A DNA stretch of 64,000 nt from Octopus bimaculoides (GCF_001194135.2 NC_068993.1:21806484-21870483), one strand, 5' to 3'. Positions 14,021-28,984 are shown, counted from the first letter of the stretch. Notes: generated by a model from the sequence alone, not told the origin. Numbers and translations are program-made.

Positions 14021-17000
14021 AAATGAATCACAATTTGCACTTTAATAGCTACAACTTCTCATAGATATGTACCTAGAATCTAAGTTTTAATAAAAGGAGT
14101 AAGGATGTCCTCAATGAAGAAATGGAAAATTGATAATATAACATATATTATATATATTTATATATATAAAGCGCAATAACAGAAGAGAATCGTCCGACTT
14201 AGGGTAGATCATCACACGACACTTGCCACTCCACTGAATTGTTATGTCTATACCCGTAGTTTTCCGTGAATATCTTTGGTGTCGGATCAAGTTCGACATG
14301 TCTTGCATGACTTGGTCGATTACATTTTATGATTTCATAAACCCCTCAGATGGTTTCACGGGGAATTTATTATTTAGGCTTTCAGAAATGATCGAACCAT
14401 TTTTCTCCGCCAATCACCAGGTTATTAAGCTCTTCTTCAGTTGTTTTGCCTTGGGAAGAACTATTAAGTTCAGTATGACGAGTGGAGAGTTAGGCGCTTT
14501 ATATGTGCATTACTTTACATTTATATTACTTTGTGCTAGGGTGATTTTTAAAAAAATTCTAATTCCCTCACCGCTGTCTCCGACATTTTACCTACTTGCT
14601 GTCCGTCTCTTTTACATTATCAGAAAATGATACGATAACGTTGCGAGTTAAAAGAGGAAGAGTTGATTACAGGGCTTCTTCAACGGCTCTTGGAACTAAG
14701 GACAAAATATACAACTTCCAATTTGAGAATCCACGCATATAGCTTCCGCAGCTTGCTGCTGCTTTATTGATTCTTATAACTTGCCCAGCCATTTTGGTTG
14801 AAAAATCTTATATGATTTTTACTGGCATATGGATAACAGCTGAGATTTCTTTTCTGAGCCATCAGTCCTAAAACTTCTACTCATTACTAAAGGGCACAAA
14901 TAGGCAATCATTTTGTGAACTTCTGGGATCGTGAAGATACGTCCATATACATCTCATGTGACAACATATCACCAATATTCACATCAATAGTGATCCCTTG
15001 CGAAAGTGACCACCAGCCAGTATCTCATCACGTCTCCGATGCCTTTTACTTCATTCCACGGATAAGTATGTGACACACAACTTGGAGTTGTCGTTTTCTC
15101 ACCTCCTCGGTTTTATTTTGTCATAAACATCCGTTCGAAATATGGAAAAGATCCTATTTCACACAGCATATACACCTCTCTGCAGTTGCTAATTGGGCTA
15201 ATGAGAAAATTCACACGGTTTTTCGAGATGCCGTGACAATATTTTTATCGTATATAGTTTTTCTTCTTTTTGGTACTCTGTAAAAAACTGTGTTGTTGAT
15301 GTACTTAATCACACAGCTCTACCAGGAAGGTTTTTACCACCCTAATTACTTATATCTAATACCTGTCTGTTTCAGTTCGCTCCAGCAAAAGCAGGACTAT
15401 TAAAATGCTTTCCTGTTTCTGAATTAGAACCCTCCCATTTTCTGCTGTTCCTTCCTTAATTAGGTTTCTGTTTGACAGCAACTATGTGAGCATTGTTATT
15501 ATTGTTGATTTTGGGATATCAGTTTGTTTTTTCTGTTTATCTTTGTTTGACTTTTTTCACTAGAAAACTAAATGATCGTTTTATGTTAAAATGGCGTAGT
15601 CAGTGTTATTCTCTCCCTTGCTTGCCTTTTTTATTGTTCTTCTACTAAGAGTCAGACTGGAAATTATTTTAAATGCCATAAAATTCCAGCGAGAAATATA
15701 ATAGTATTTTAAACAGACCCTCTGTCTACTTCAAGGATTTGGATAGATCTACCGACGTTCTATAGTCTCCTGATTCTAAAATAATCCAAACTTATAATTT
15801 TCATCCACTAAAGAACGATAACAACCCAATCTCCTCGGACACGTCAAAATAAAAATAATAATTGTTCAATTTAAATGTCTCCAAATCCAGTTAATTAAAT
15901 ATAGCCACATTATGCAAAATGGGTTACCTGACTTATGGTTGAGGTAATATAAATATACAATCGAGGGATGGGATAAACATAGAATACACGATGACAAAGG
16001 AAAATTTGTAAACACACGCACATTTGATCGAACACTTTCGCGTGCGCATGCACACGCACCCGCGCGCACACACACGCACCGTCACCAACTAGGGACAATG
16101 ATTTCTTACATTTTTAAGCAAAGTTGCAAATAAAGGAAGATTATACGGTTGATTTTTACAAAGAATAAGAAGACAGACACGACGAACAAATGGTCTTGGA
16201 AAGAATTAAATGAAACTCTCCATTAAGAAGAAATTCATCTGGTGTCGCTTAAACATAGATTCAGAATAGCCTTTATCACTAAGTGTATATGCAGACTCTC
16301 GACTATGTGTTCCGGTCTATAACCTCTAATCTTTCCGTCCTCAATTTCCACTCTATATGGAATTCGAAGAATTTCATTGTTCCTTGACCGAAGCGCAACG
16401 TGCCTATCATCCATGACATGATCAAAAGAAAGCAATTTTTGTTACTAGAAAAAAAGTTCCTGTCACCTCGAATAATCTTCGCTATCACAATCTGCACTTC
16501 GGTCAGGAAATTGAAATCTCTCTTCCTAAAATTACTCGTGTGTAAGTCTTCAGTTAGAGCAGGCAGACATGATCCTCGTCTAGGTTACAATGTAAATACT
16601 TTTCTTTGTAGCCAGCAAAATCCCGAAAAGCAAACTGTTTTTTTTTTATATACCCTATGTAAATAGAGTCTGTGTAAATTAGTCCTAGATCTGTCTCTAA
16701 AGTCTCGTATACTTCATTTAAAGGTAGATGGGATGTGGTGCATGAACAGTAATGTGTGCTGTATTTCTCTTATCCTTGCTGTAATTGCTGCTGTACCATT
16801 CACCGCTTCTCGAATTTTGCCTGGTAGCGAGTCCTCAAATGATATTCACTGTCCCTCATGTAATACTTACACTTTCTACCTTCAGGGGGATTTTCCTTCC
16901 CTACGCTTGATGTGGTACAATGTAAGCATAATAAAAATGATATTTCGTAAAGAGCCGCAAAACTGCACGTTTGGTGCAAAATGATCAGTCGTTCAAATCG

Positions 17001-17722
17001 AATTCAATATGTATTTTAAAGTTCCAGAAATATAAAATCCAACAATTTTCCGAGTCCTGATTTACTATTATGATAACGACAATGAAAATAGTTCAGAAAC
17101 TCGTAATAATTATTGTTGTCACAATTATCATCATTTTAAATGAAGCAATGCATGTGCTTAAATTTATATGAACTTTTTCAATATTTTCGACTTGTTGAAA
17201 AGGTATCTCTCTCCTACCGTTTTCAGACCAACGTTGACAAAATAACTAAGCTTGCACTTCATTTGAACATATTCATTTCTTAGTATTCACGTTAAACTTG
17301 GAACAGATAATAATGAATAGAAACGAGGCAGAAAAACTAACATGCACCACTATATTCTATTCGCTATATTATTTGTGTTATATTTTTAATGTTCATACAA
17401 CAAATTATTCAGAGAAGTAGTTCCAAGGTGATATTCATAAAGTTTATGTTTTAGCAACATTTGAATATAAGATAGTATTATAAATTAGTTGCGGAGGGTT
17501 TCTCTGTAGTTGTTTGTCTCTTTACTATTACTACTGCAGGTGTCGTAGTTGGTATTATCACGAAATAGGGAATATGACATTTGTCAGATTATTATACATT
17601 GAACTACTTTGACAACCAACAGAAATATGTATAATCTAAATATCGGACTGAAAAATTTACAAGCTTTTCTCGTTGATCATACGGTCTCTTGAACTAACTT
17701 TCTTCTTAGCTTGATACTCTTC

Positions 17723-17775
<53 letters not shown>

Positions 17776-18080
17776 TGTTTGTATATGTAAGTATATATGT
17801 GTGTGTGTGTGTGTGTGTGAGTAAGTATGTATGTATGCATGTATGTGTGAATATGTATATACTTATACATTTGCATATAATGTGTGTCTGTGTGTGACTA
17901 TGCATATAAGTATGAATGCCTATAGGTATGTACGTTCGTACGAAGTCATTCGAGCCTAGGGGGAATCTCAGATAAAAGGGAAAATCGTAGAAGTAAAAGT
18001 AACGTCTACTATTCTTTCAGTCAGGCTGACTCTTACTCTGTATCACTCGCTGTCTTTCTCTCTCGACTTCCTTCTGCTTT

Positions 18081-18124
<44 letters not shown>

Positions 18125-18850
18125 GTACACATATATACATTATATATAAAAATATATTTGTATATGTTTTCATGTATGTGTGTATATATTGTATGTATAT
18201 TTTATTTATGCGTGGGTAATTTCCATTTAGTCTTGTAATATATTTATCAGCCAATGTGTGTCCAGCCTACACCGGTCTGAAATTAAATGTCAGAAATTAA
18301 ATATGGAAAAGTTTGATAATATAATTTTGACTACCCTGGGAGTACCGCAGAAGAAAAATGTAAGCTTAAGATATATGGTATATTTGCTCTTGGGTCAATT
18401 TTCTGGTGAACAACAATTTATTTCATCAATATAGGTTATACCCAATATCAAACTATGAATATTGTAAAGTATTTGTTGCTTTCTACCACAAAGTATAAGG
18501 CCGTCTATATGGACAGATAAAGCTAATATATTTCTAAGAATTAATAATTTTTGCCAGTGTAGATGTTTCATAATCTGTTGTCTATAAACCGCCTGTGGAT
18601 CACTGATATTTCTAAAACAAATATTCATTTGCTCAAAGTAAATTACGTTGTAAATCTTCGATTCAAACGAACTCAGCCATTTTTAGTGTCCAGTAAAGTT
18701 GTTCAATTGCGAAGTATTTTATCGCATTATCTAAGATTATTCTACTATTATTATATTGAAAATATTATTTGTCTATAATAGATTATAAAATCTTACGTGG
18801 GCCATCGGACATGTCGGTACATATTTTAAATGGATTCGATCATGTCTCTA

Positions 18851-19078
18851 TAGCTATTATTATTATTATTATTGTTAAGTAGTTTTATTTTTGTAACGTG
18901 CTTTCACTTCACTACCGAGCGCAGCTCTGTGCGCCTTGGGTATGTGCTGTGGTTTGCTGTGGTGCTCTTATGTTTACTGTATTGAAAGTGTTTTGCGTAG
19001 AATGTGTGCAGTACCCAGTAGTGCAATTTTCTGTATGTTATATATATTTGTAAGTCCTGGTGTTTTTGTTATGTATTT
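18851..19078 (-). mobile_element. 3' end of an R4/Dong-like LINE with (TAA)n tail
   Basis: Minus strand reads KYITKTPGLTNIYNIQKIALLGTAHILRKTLSIQ*, matching the C-terminus of the 45.9 kb element (QKIVLMGTAHILRNILS). A 3' UTR and TAA repeats follow. Confidence 0.8.
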
Positions 19079-19088
19079 NNNNNNNNNN

Positions 19089-19138
<50 letters not shown>

Positions 19139-19483
19139 TTCATATCTATATACATATATATGTATATAAATGTATGCATGTATGCATGTATCTATCTATA
19201 TAATATTATATGAAAAATAGAGCTTAACATACAGGCACACACACATAGACATATATATATGTCTATGTGTGTGTATATATTTATATATGTATATATATGC
19301 AATCGTTTGTGAATATGTATATATATATATATATATATATATGAATATATAGTATTAGTATAAATATATAGTATAGTATTATATTTATATATATTTTATA
19401 CTGTGAAACTTAATTTAATTTTAATTTTTAATAAAAATGATTTTAATTGACTTTTTACCTGTAATTTTGGATTTTATCCCTTA

Positions 19484-19525
<42 letters not shown>

Positions 19526-21504
19526 CATTATTATTCTTATTATATTTTTGATATCTGTCGATATTACCACAATATGTAACGTTGCTTTGTACTCTGTAAC
19601 CAATTGTCACAGTGTTTATCAAATGGTTGAGAAAAATCTTTCTAGTGAGATGATATGGCGGGTTACTACTTCTGACGAATTATTCCATCACATCTCTGCA
19701 GGAAATATGTCGTTATTGCTGGAATATCTCTGGCCACAGTGAGTGTCAGCACTTCTTTACCGTATTCCTTTTACAAATAGTCGAAACTATGTGTAGAGTT
19801 TGTCATTCCATAACTTATCGTTAATATGAAATGCAATCTCAATGCATTTCATATCGAATGCATTGAAAATATTTTTGAAAAAACGTAAAGTGACTTATTG
19901 TAAAATTCGGATTAGATGATTATAGTAACAGCTCATTGCTAATGATTATCGATTCATTCATATACAATTCGTCTGATTCGTTCTACATATCTCATTCTAA
20001 GACATACCCTATGCATGATTTAGAACAAATTTGACATGAAAAATAAGTGAGAATATAATAATTGCATTACACATAACGTAAGAGACTTTATCATAATCTT
20101 AAGCACAAGTTTTTGACCAATAAACATGGCTTATTATTATTTCTACTCAGAGCTGGTATGTAAATTCTTCGTTGATCATTAAAAAAACAATATTAGAAGT
20201 GAGGTCCCCGAAGAGAAAATATAGACACTAATCAGAAGAAATATTTCATGTTAATAGATAAGGGAAACAGTAAACAAAGAATGATCGATATAGAATAGAG
20301 AATATACGTTAATTATTAGATCATCCTGGACTTAGCCATCTGTAAATATTTGACGAGGGAATTTCAGAACGGTAATTCTATTGGCTGAAGACTAATTGCG
20401 AATCCAATCCAGTCAGATTTTATATCACTGGTTCAACGCAATTAAAACTAATCGTTTGAAGGAATAAATCTCGCATTGATGAAGCTTTTGGTATTAAACT
20501 TATATTACTCATTATTGTTGTTGGTTTTTGTTGTTGTTGTTGTTGTCGTTGTTGTTGTTGTTGATGATGATGATGATGATGATGTTGATGATGATGATGG
20601 AATTCTTAGCAGAATATTTTTCTGGGGAAAAAGCTGCGAGTCATAGTTTGAGAGCACATAATTCTAAGGAAAGGAACCGTAAAAGAAGACTTGGGAACAA
20701 ATATGTAGATACATGAAGTACAGTTTGACGTCATATTCCTCCAAAGTTAGGTTACTCGAAAATTGATGAAGCTGGTCACTGTTTTACTAGAATACTGGTC
20801 GTTTTATCTACTGGTCTGCTATTGGCATCCTATTATCATCGAGATGCGCCTATGACGAAATACGTCAATCCCTCGGCAGTCGATCGACCAAAACTTATAC
20901 AGATATATGTATTACTGTATGTTGTTGCATAAGACAATGTTTTGGTTGAAAAATAGAAAATTATTTCTGTGGAGACAGTGTCCTTGGTTGAATAATTCCA
21001 ATATATCTTTGTATAACTGGTACTTATTTCATCGACCAAAGCTTGTTGAACAACATATTCCGGAGGCATAAGAGGCTGAGAGTTAAATTAGATAAACGAC
21101 TTAATTGGCTATTCTACTGTCTGCAAACACACCTCCATAAATACATAATATTAAGCTGAAATATACCTGTGAGTATGCAAACAATAAACTCGGCTGTTAT
21201 TTCCCTGCAGAAAACAACAAAACACCCAAATTTAGATGTGACTCAAATGCTATCTTGAGATTTCTTTAATGGGCGTTTCACATACGACATATCTAATATC
21301 TAGTAATTCATGTATAAATTCAATATGCTACGGATTTGATAAAAAGATAATCGATAAATTTGATAGATATCAATATATTGAAACAATACTCAATGATGAA
21401 TTGCAATGCATATTACTATACCGCTTAAAATTTCAATTAAATGTAGTATTAATATTCACTGATAAAAATATTGGAATCAGTTTCACATTTCAAAACATAT
21501 TTTG

Positions 21505-21559
<55 letters not shown>

Positions 21560-21804
21560 CACATATATATATATACATATGCAATAATTGTGTGCGTATG
21601 TATGCGTGTGTGATAGTGTAATAGTTGAAATAATCTTAGGTACCATAGTAGAAAGTTTTCAATCAACAATTAAGAATTAGAAGATTGTCTGGCTGGGATT
21701 GCTCTTTATGTGGTGAGGCAACTATAGTAAACAGGGAAAAGGATCAAACAACAGAGAAAACCCCCCACAAAACGAACATATAAAACTGGCGAGACAAATC
21801 CTGT

Positions 21805-21820
21805 GAAATCTATCTATCTG

Positions 21821-21859
<39 letters not shown>

Positions 21860-21860
21860 G

Positions 21861-21951
<91 letters not shown>

Positions 21952-21958
21952 CTCTATC
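21805..21958. repeat. (ATCT)n tetranucleotide microsatellite
   Basis: Direct reading. Confidence 0.95.
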
Positions 21959-22172
21959 AATATGTATATATATATTCAGAAGTTTTTTCTCTAAAATACT
22001 TGATACGACCGAAATCATGGAAAGAACAGCTCCTTAAAAGTTATTAACTATTTAAAAACATCTTAGAAAAGACGTGAACAGCGAAAGCTTTTGCACACAA
22101 TGCAAAAAATTCGTTCCAAGTGTTCATTTTGTTTTAAGATATTTTAAAAATAGTTAATAACAATTAAGAAAA

Positions 22173-22236
<64 letters not shown>

Positions 22237-24479
22237 ATATATGTGTGTGTGTGTGAGGATTCTTTCATCTCGTAAGATGATAACCGTCACGAATAATAGA
22301 GGGACAACTGCACGTCATAGTATTGGAGTGATAAAATAATACAACTCTTTTTCCACTTTCTCGGTCTCCATACTAGGTGACAAGCATTGCAAGATGTCTG
22401 CAATTATTTTGTTTGCAAAAGTTAAGTCAGAGTGTCTTTCTCTTAGAAGAGGCCTCTTCCGAAATGCCTTTTCAAACGTAACCGTGGCCTCCTTCAGCTG
22501 TGACAAATCTATTTAACCTACAGATAGAAGTCTGACAGATACTACTGCTCTGTGTCAGATGAGAACTGGGAGGAATGGTAATGAAAGAGTGACTCCACGC
22601 TTCCACATAAATGCTTTGGTATATGATTTTAAGAAATTTCTTTGACGCTTTAGCCATTACATTATATGTCATATTAGAGCAAGTTCATGAGGGTGCTATT
22701 ATTTCATTTATTTTTTTGTTTGTATGTTTCTGAAATATGTGTTACTAATTTCCTAACAGTTTGTTTACTTTTCTGTTAGGCAACGGTCTATGTGTGTATA
22801 TAATTTGCTGTGTGTGTGAGTACATGCTTATAAGTTCAAGGAACATCACATCTGAAGACTAGCAGAAAACATTAATGGAAATGCAGAGCAAATAAGAATA
22901 GTAAAGCATGGGATTAATATTCCAATTAATCTTTACTCGCATGCTTGCACTATTTTTGATAAAGAAGATCAATTTATTCCTAACTAAATACAGACCCTGG
23001 AAAACAATCAGAAGATTCACTTCAAAACGAATATTGATTTTATCATTATGTTTATTTTGTGTTAGTGTGTGAATATGCAGATGTTTAAAGGGTGCATATG
23101 ATTGTGTGTGTTTTTGCGATTAAGAAAAGTATATGACTGAATTTGACTGGCATATGAAAAACTGCTTTCAAAATATGTTGATAGAAAGTAACTACCGACT
23201 TGATGAGAGTAACATGAATTTGGTAGCACTATAGTCTTCCTTGAATATAATGCGAGGTTTTATGTACAAGACACTCTACATTTCTTTGCATGTATGTGTG
23301 TATGTGCACATGTGAGCGACTCAGCCACTGATCTATATACATTCACAGCTTTGAACTTTTGTTCGTGGTTCGTGCAAAAAAGGAGTCGTCTGAAGTGATT
23401 TTTTTTTTAGTAAATGTACAGAGAAACTGCAAACTATTCGGTAAAGTCTGGATATTAGAAAACATGCTGTTGAAATTTCACTTTATGGAAAACAGCTACG
23501 TCTGGCGGAGGAAAATAGTTTTTGAAAAAATCTCCACAAAAAAAAAGGTGGAATTACGATTATCTGCTCTTGACTGTTTACAAAATATTTTCAGAAATGC
23601 GTGAAATTAAGATTAAAACAGTAAAATTATTTTATGAATTTGACATAGCTAAAGGGTGCATACTCTTTTCTCTCGTCACAAGCTGACAATCACATAAAGC
23701 ATTTTCAGAAACATCCCAAAAGTTAAATCTTAAACTTTCGGTATATGATTGTTATAAGATACTTTTCTATATGACATACTAAAGTATTCAGCTTCAATAT
23801 TTTATTCGACGGATATAATACATTGTTGTCTTTAATAAAGTTGTCTACATAAAGATGTGTAAGGCACATATATGTGTGTATGTGTTTCTATATGTGAGTA
23901 TTCTTTATATTATGGAGAAGATTTATTTTATGATTGTCTGTGGTTCCTATTATGCAAAAGAGAAAGAAGAGAGAAAATTAGAAGAACACATGGAAGAGCA
24001 CTGAGTTACACAATCAACATTATATTTCATCACCATATAAATTATGTGACAAACTGCATGTGCTTTATTTCCATAGCATAATTTAGCCATTGCAACCGAG
24101 GCAATACTAGAATAATATTTTTAGAACTGAGTATGTAGTTTCATTGATTCAACAATGTTGTGTAATTTTCTGTATATTCCGTATCTGAAACTAATGATTC
24201 ATCAGCGGAATGGGTGCTGCTCCATTCTAAAATAATTTTACAGATAACATTTAAGGAGTGGCAGAAAGCAATGTGCTGTTGTAACTGTTATTTGGTTAAT
24301 TTTAAGCATCTTTTATGCAATGATGTAATCGAAAGTTTTTAAGTACCTAACTTATGTTGTAGAAGCTAATTATCCGACAATTAGCAAAGTGAGCTTTGAG
24401 ATAACTACATTGATCAACCTTGTGTGTAGAGAACAGTTTTGCGTATCATATCATGAACATATGATTAGAAATGCTGATT

Positions 24480-25003
24480 TCAAATGTTGGCTCAAGGCCA
24501 GCAATTTCAGGGGGAGGAGTTTAGTCAGTTACATCGATCCCAGCGCTCAACTGGAACTTAGTTTATCGACACAGAAAGGATAAAAGGCATAGTCGACCTC
24601 GGCAGAACTTAAACTTACAACGTGAAGATCGACGAAATACCGTTAAGCTTTTAACCCGGCTTGCTACTGATTCTGCTTGCTCGCCACCTTAATCATGTTA
24701 TAAATATTGCAACCTATGTTTTATATTTCATGATATATAATTTCATGACTTTACCAAAATTTACCTCTATATACTTCATGAGACACTCTATATTATTTTC
24801 TAATCTAGGTACAAGGCCCAAAAAGTTTGGGGAGGGGGCCAGTCGATTTCATCGACCCCAGTACACAGCTAGTGCCTAATTTAGCGACCCCGAAAGGTAA
24901 AGCCGACCTCGGCGCAATTTGAACTCAGAACGTAAAGACAGACGAAATACCGCTAAGCATTTCGGCCGGCGTGCTAACGTTTCTGCCAGCTCGCCGCCTT
25001 ATA
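24480..25003 (-). mobile_element. Two family-A tRNA-derived SINE copies (~24480-24685 and ~24805-25003)
   Basis: The reverse complement of the second begins AAGGCGGCGAGCTGGCAGAAACGTTAGCACGCCGG...GAGTTCAAATTGCGCCGAGGTCGGC, with pol III A- and B-box-like motifs. Confidence 0.85.
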
Positions 25004-25116
25004 AGGCACTCTATATTACTACAGTGACAATCTTTTTCTTTCTTGCCTCCGTTTATCATGCGTTAAGTTCATCGATAACATTCTGACTGTGTCATGCTAT
25101 AGTCTTCTATAATAAT

Positions 25117-25345
25117 ATTGTTGTTGTTGGCACTCCGTCGGTTACAACGACGAGGGATCCAGTTGATCCGATCAACGGANNNNNNNNNNTGTTGGCACTC
25201 CGTCGGTTACAACGACGAGGGATCCAGTTGATCCGATCAACGGAACAGCCTGCTCGTGAAATTAACGTGCAAGTGGCTGAGCACTCCACAGACACACGTA
25301 CCCTTAACATAGTTCTCGGGGAGATTCAGCGTGACACACTGGGCT
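25117..25345 (+). mobile_element. Short interspersed repeat, family C
   Basis: Homologous to 6200-6400 in the opposite orientation. Confidence 0.75.
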
Positions 25346-26675
25346 ATTGCGCCTCCGTAATAGTACTGATATCTTGTATATAAAACACAACCAACCAGTA
25401 TGACAAAGAGATATATGACACCTTTATAAATTGTCACATCAAAAAGTATGTACGTTTAATACTATCTACTAACAGAGGCACAATGAATGAGAGAGAGATG
25501 GGGGAGGGAGACAGACAGACAGAGTGACAGGGAAAGAGAAGTGAATTTTTTCGCGCATTCTTTGAAATGCACATTGAACAACCAGAAAATCTTTTGCTTG
25601 TGTGGATATCAGTACATTTGTTCTCATCATGAATTCATTGAATTAAGAACTGGGGATATTAAAATAAAGTACTGACACAGCATGAGAAATGCGTATATGG
25701 TCAATAGGCATATATTTAGCCTGTCTATATATGTTGTCGCTGAGGAGATCGAAAAGGAGTGAGAAACTTTCTTGACACTTTCCATCACTTATCTGTATCA
25801 GCTACACTGGATACATAGATCCATCCATCCATCCATCCATCCATCCATCCATCCATCCATACATACATACACACACATATATATANNNNNNNNNNNNNNN
25901 NNNNNNNNNNNNNNNNNNNNNNNNNNNNNNNNNNNNNNNNNNNNNNNNNACATATATACATACATACGTATATACATACATATATATATTCATACATATA
26001 TACACATATAAATATACACATATATATTTACCTATATATGTGTGTGTGTGTGTATATAGATATGTATATATATATATATAAAAATGAGAATGTGTCTGTA
26101 CATATATATATATGCAGAGGTATAAACACACGCACACAAACACACGCACACAAACATACTTATATATATATATATATTTATAGATAGATAGATAGATAGA
26201 TAGAGAGTTAGATAAATTAGCTGTGTGCATATATAACTATAAATCAATTCACCAACTCTAACAATTTCTGAGACTAAGATGTTTTGCCTGGAAGGAGGTA
26301 ATATCTAAAAGTATATACACCTCACTAGACATCAATCAAATTAAGAACAGTTATGGAATAATGTGACACACCAAATGAAGAGGAAATGTTCAAATATTCG
26401 CTTGCGTTTATGTTGCAACATTATATTTATTAATCTCGTTCTACATTCATTTAGTTGTGATTCGTATTTCCTTCAAATAAGAAATCTAAATTCGTCGGCA
26501 GTCAATCACTGCCTAATATGTTTTCTCTTTAAACTGTCCTCACATTCTTTAAAACAAGACATGATCATCGCTTAGCCAAAAGTATCAAAGTGATTTATAG
26601 CTTATGCAGGTGTGGATATTTATGTAAATATGTATATATGTTTATATATATACATATTTGTTGTAAGTGTATTTA

Positions 26676-26737
<62 letters not shown>

Positions 26738-26774
26738 AGACACACAAATACAAACACAAATACACAATTTTCTA

Positions 26775-26955
26775 CTCTAGGCACAAAGCCCAAAATTGTA
26801 GGGGTGGGGGCCAGTCGATTAGATCGACCCTAGTACGCAACTAGTACTTCATCTATCGATCCCGAAAGGATGAAAGGCAACGATGACCTCGGCGGAATTT
26901 GAACTGGGAGCGAAAAGAGAGACGAAATAACGCTAAGCATTTCGCCCGGCGTGAT
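26775..26955 (-). mobile_element. Family-A SINE
   Basis: CTCTAGGCACAAAGCCC...GGCCAGTCGATTAGATCGACCC...CCCGAAAGGATGAAAGGC...GACCTCGGCGGAATTTGAAC, same family as 24805-25003. Confidence 0.8.
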
Positions 26956-27139
26956 AAACACACACACATGTATAAAGGCAAAATCAATAGAAGTCACAAA
27001 ACTGACAGAGTGTACTGACTAGCACCGCTTTTGTTAAATGTAAGCGTTAAACTAATTCAAACGTTTGTGGCTTTGAGTTAATTTAACCCTTACATTTAGC
27101 AAAAGTGGTGCTAGCCCTCTGACACCTTTGTGACTTATA

Positions 27140-27490
27140 TTAACTGGAGCACCACCTTTAGTCCAACAAATCAACCCCAGTACTTATTCTATCGATCTTT
27201 TTTGCCGAACCGCTAAGTTACGGGGAGGTCAACACACCAGCATCGGTTGTCAAGCTATGTTGGGGGGACAAACACAGACACACAAACATATACACACACA
27301 CACATACATATATGCATATACATATACGACGGGCTTCTTTCAGTTTCCGTCTACCAAATCCACTCACAAGGCTTTACTCGGCCCGAAGCTATAGTAGAAG
27401 ACACTTGCCCACGGTGCCACGGAGTGGGACTGAACCCGGAGCCATGTGGTTCGTAAGCAAGCTACGTCCCACACAGCCACTCCTACGCCT
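27140..27490 (-). mobile_element. Family-B SINE
   Basis: Reverse complement matches 7720-8095 and 39293-39700. Confidence 0.8.
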
Positions 27491-28698
27491 ATACATACGT
27501 ATGTATGTATATATGTGTGTGTGTGAATGTGTATGTATCTTCTCTATTTCATCAATTATATTCTTTCTTTGAAGTTGGAGCTGGTTTCTAACAAAGATAC
27601 AAGGCTCTATCTTTGGAATGTAGATAACGTAAACAAAGTCACATTTTAAACCAGAGAAGTCTTGTATAGTTTTACTGTTCCACCTACAGATATTAGTTGT
27701 AATGTCCGAATGAGTTAGTTGATGTCTTTTTCTGAAAACCTTATCAGATCGCTTACTGGTGTTGTGTTGCTAATTTCAGCCATAATCGTGGTGGAGAAAT
27801 TCCACGTGGTATAACATATATGTTTAAAATCCAGTCTGAATAACGCTATGTTAGTAGGTAAAGGGATTTTCTCTTATTTACAATAGGAGAAATAAACTAG
27901 TTACTGATTTAAGCTGGAGGAATCGCAATAAATATAGAAGGGAACGTTAAGAAAAAGTACGTCTGATGTTGAGGGTGACATCTTGTATGTATGTGTGTAT
28001 GTATGTATGTATGTATGTATGTATGTATGTATGTATGTACGACTCTATGTATGTATATATTATGAATGTATGTATGATTGCAAATACATATACACAGCCT
28101 TGCAGGTGAGAGAAAGCTGGATTGCTATTTTTACAACTAGCTGCATACGTTTGCTTCATTTAACCTTCAAATGGAAATGTTAATTTTGCTACGAGCAACA
28201 TATATTTAAATAGCACCTGTTGCTTTCAATTTGTGTGATTAAAATAACATAATAAATGGTAATGCTGATTGCTCGTTGCCGATATACTGTATCTTAGGCA
28301 GATCAACGCAAACTGATTTAAGCTATACGTAAAAAGGAGACTCAAACTGTGTACAACATACTCAGGAAATAGTGGCCATATAAATACCACTTTCTTTTCT
28401 TTGATGAACAGCATTTCTCTTCTCAATACGCAGCATCTGTTTTGGTTGTCATTCATTATGGCAACTTGTCTACATTAAGTTATTGGCTTATGAGCGTAGA
28501 GAGACCACAGCTGCTATGCATATTGGTTAGAGCAACCAAACACCAGTCACTTAGATAATAAATTAGCATTTCACCTATTTTCAGTAAGCCGCTGTTCTCT
28601 TGTACATATAATTAATTACAGCAATTGCAGTTTGTATTCATCGTCAATAAATTGTTCTTTTTCTTTTCTTATTTTTTACAGATTAAAAGGAACCCATA

Positions 28699-28840
28699 AT
28701 GAGTGGCTTGAGTCCCTTCAGTTTGTTAATTTTTATTTTCATCTACTGTCTCACGGTATATGCTGCAACAGCTATGAGCCTGGCTCAGGCATGTATGGAA
28801 TCACCCAGTATGTGCGAAAGTATCTCGCTTTCTCATTTAA
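28699..28840 (+). CDS. FMRFamide: FMRFamide precursor, signal-peptide coding exon (47 codons + 1 nt, phase 1)
   Basis: Pyrimidine tract and CAG acceptor ending at 28681; ATG at 28699; donor GTGAGT at 28841. MSGLSPFSLLIFIFIYCLTVYAATAMSLAQACMESPSMCESISLSHL is a hydrophobic signal peptide followed by LAQACxES, resembling the squid/cuttlefish FMRFamide precursor N-terminus as I recall it. Phase matches the acceptors at 36087 and 61606. Confidence 0.9.
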
Positions 28841-28984
28841 GTGAGTATCGTTTTTTGACTTCACTCTGTTTTGCTTTTCCACAATCACAGAATTGATCAG
28901 TCAATTTACGTGTATACATACACACACGCCGCTAACACCAGCAACATTGATAATTTCTTAATTTGGGTTTGATATCTTGTTTAC

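Noticed and set aside
13855-14064. Poly-Met/Leu/Ile, YI-, HT-, CV- and LS/RE-repeat ORFs throughout the window
   Set aside because: Translations of microsatellites.
20726-20733. Perfect CRE palindrome TGACGTCA (another at 6202-6209)
   Set aside because: About one 8-mer is expected by chance in 64 kb; one copy is at a repeat edge and neither is near a supported promoter.
22315-22672. Protein-like minus-strand ORFs (also 8221-8514, 14244-14630, 20836-21069)
   Set aside because: No family I can recognise and no consistent exon chain; they may be old TE relics but cannot be supported without a database search.
25128-25240. ~52-bp direct duplication around a 10-N gap
   Set aside because: Identical sequence on both sides of a small gap is typical of unmerged contig overlap, not a biological repeat.
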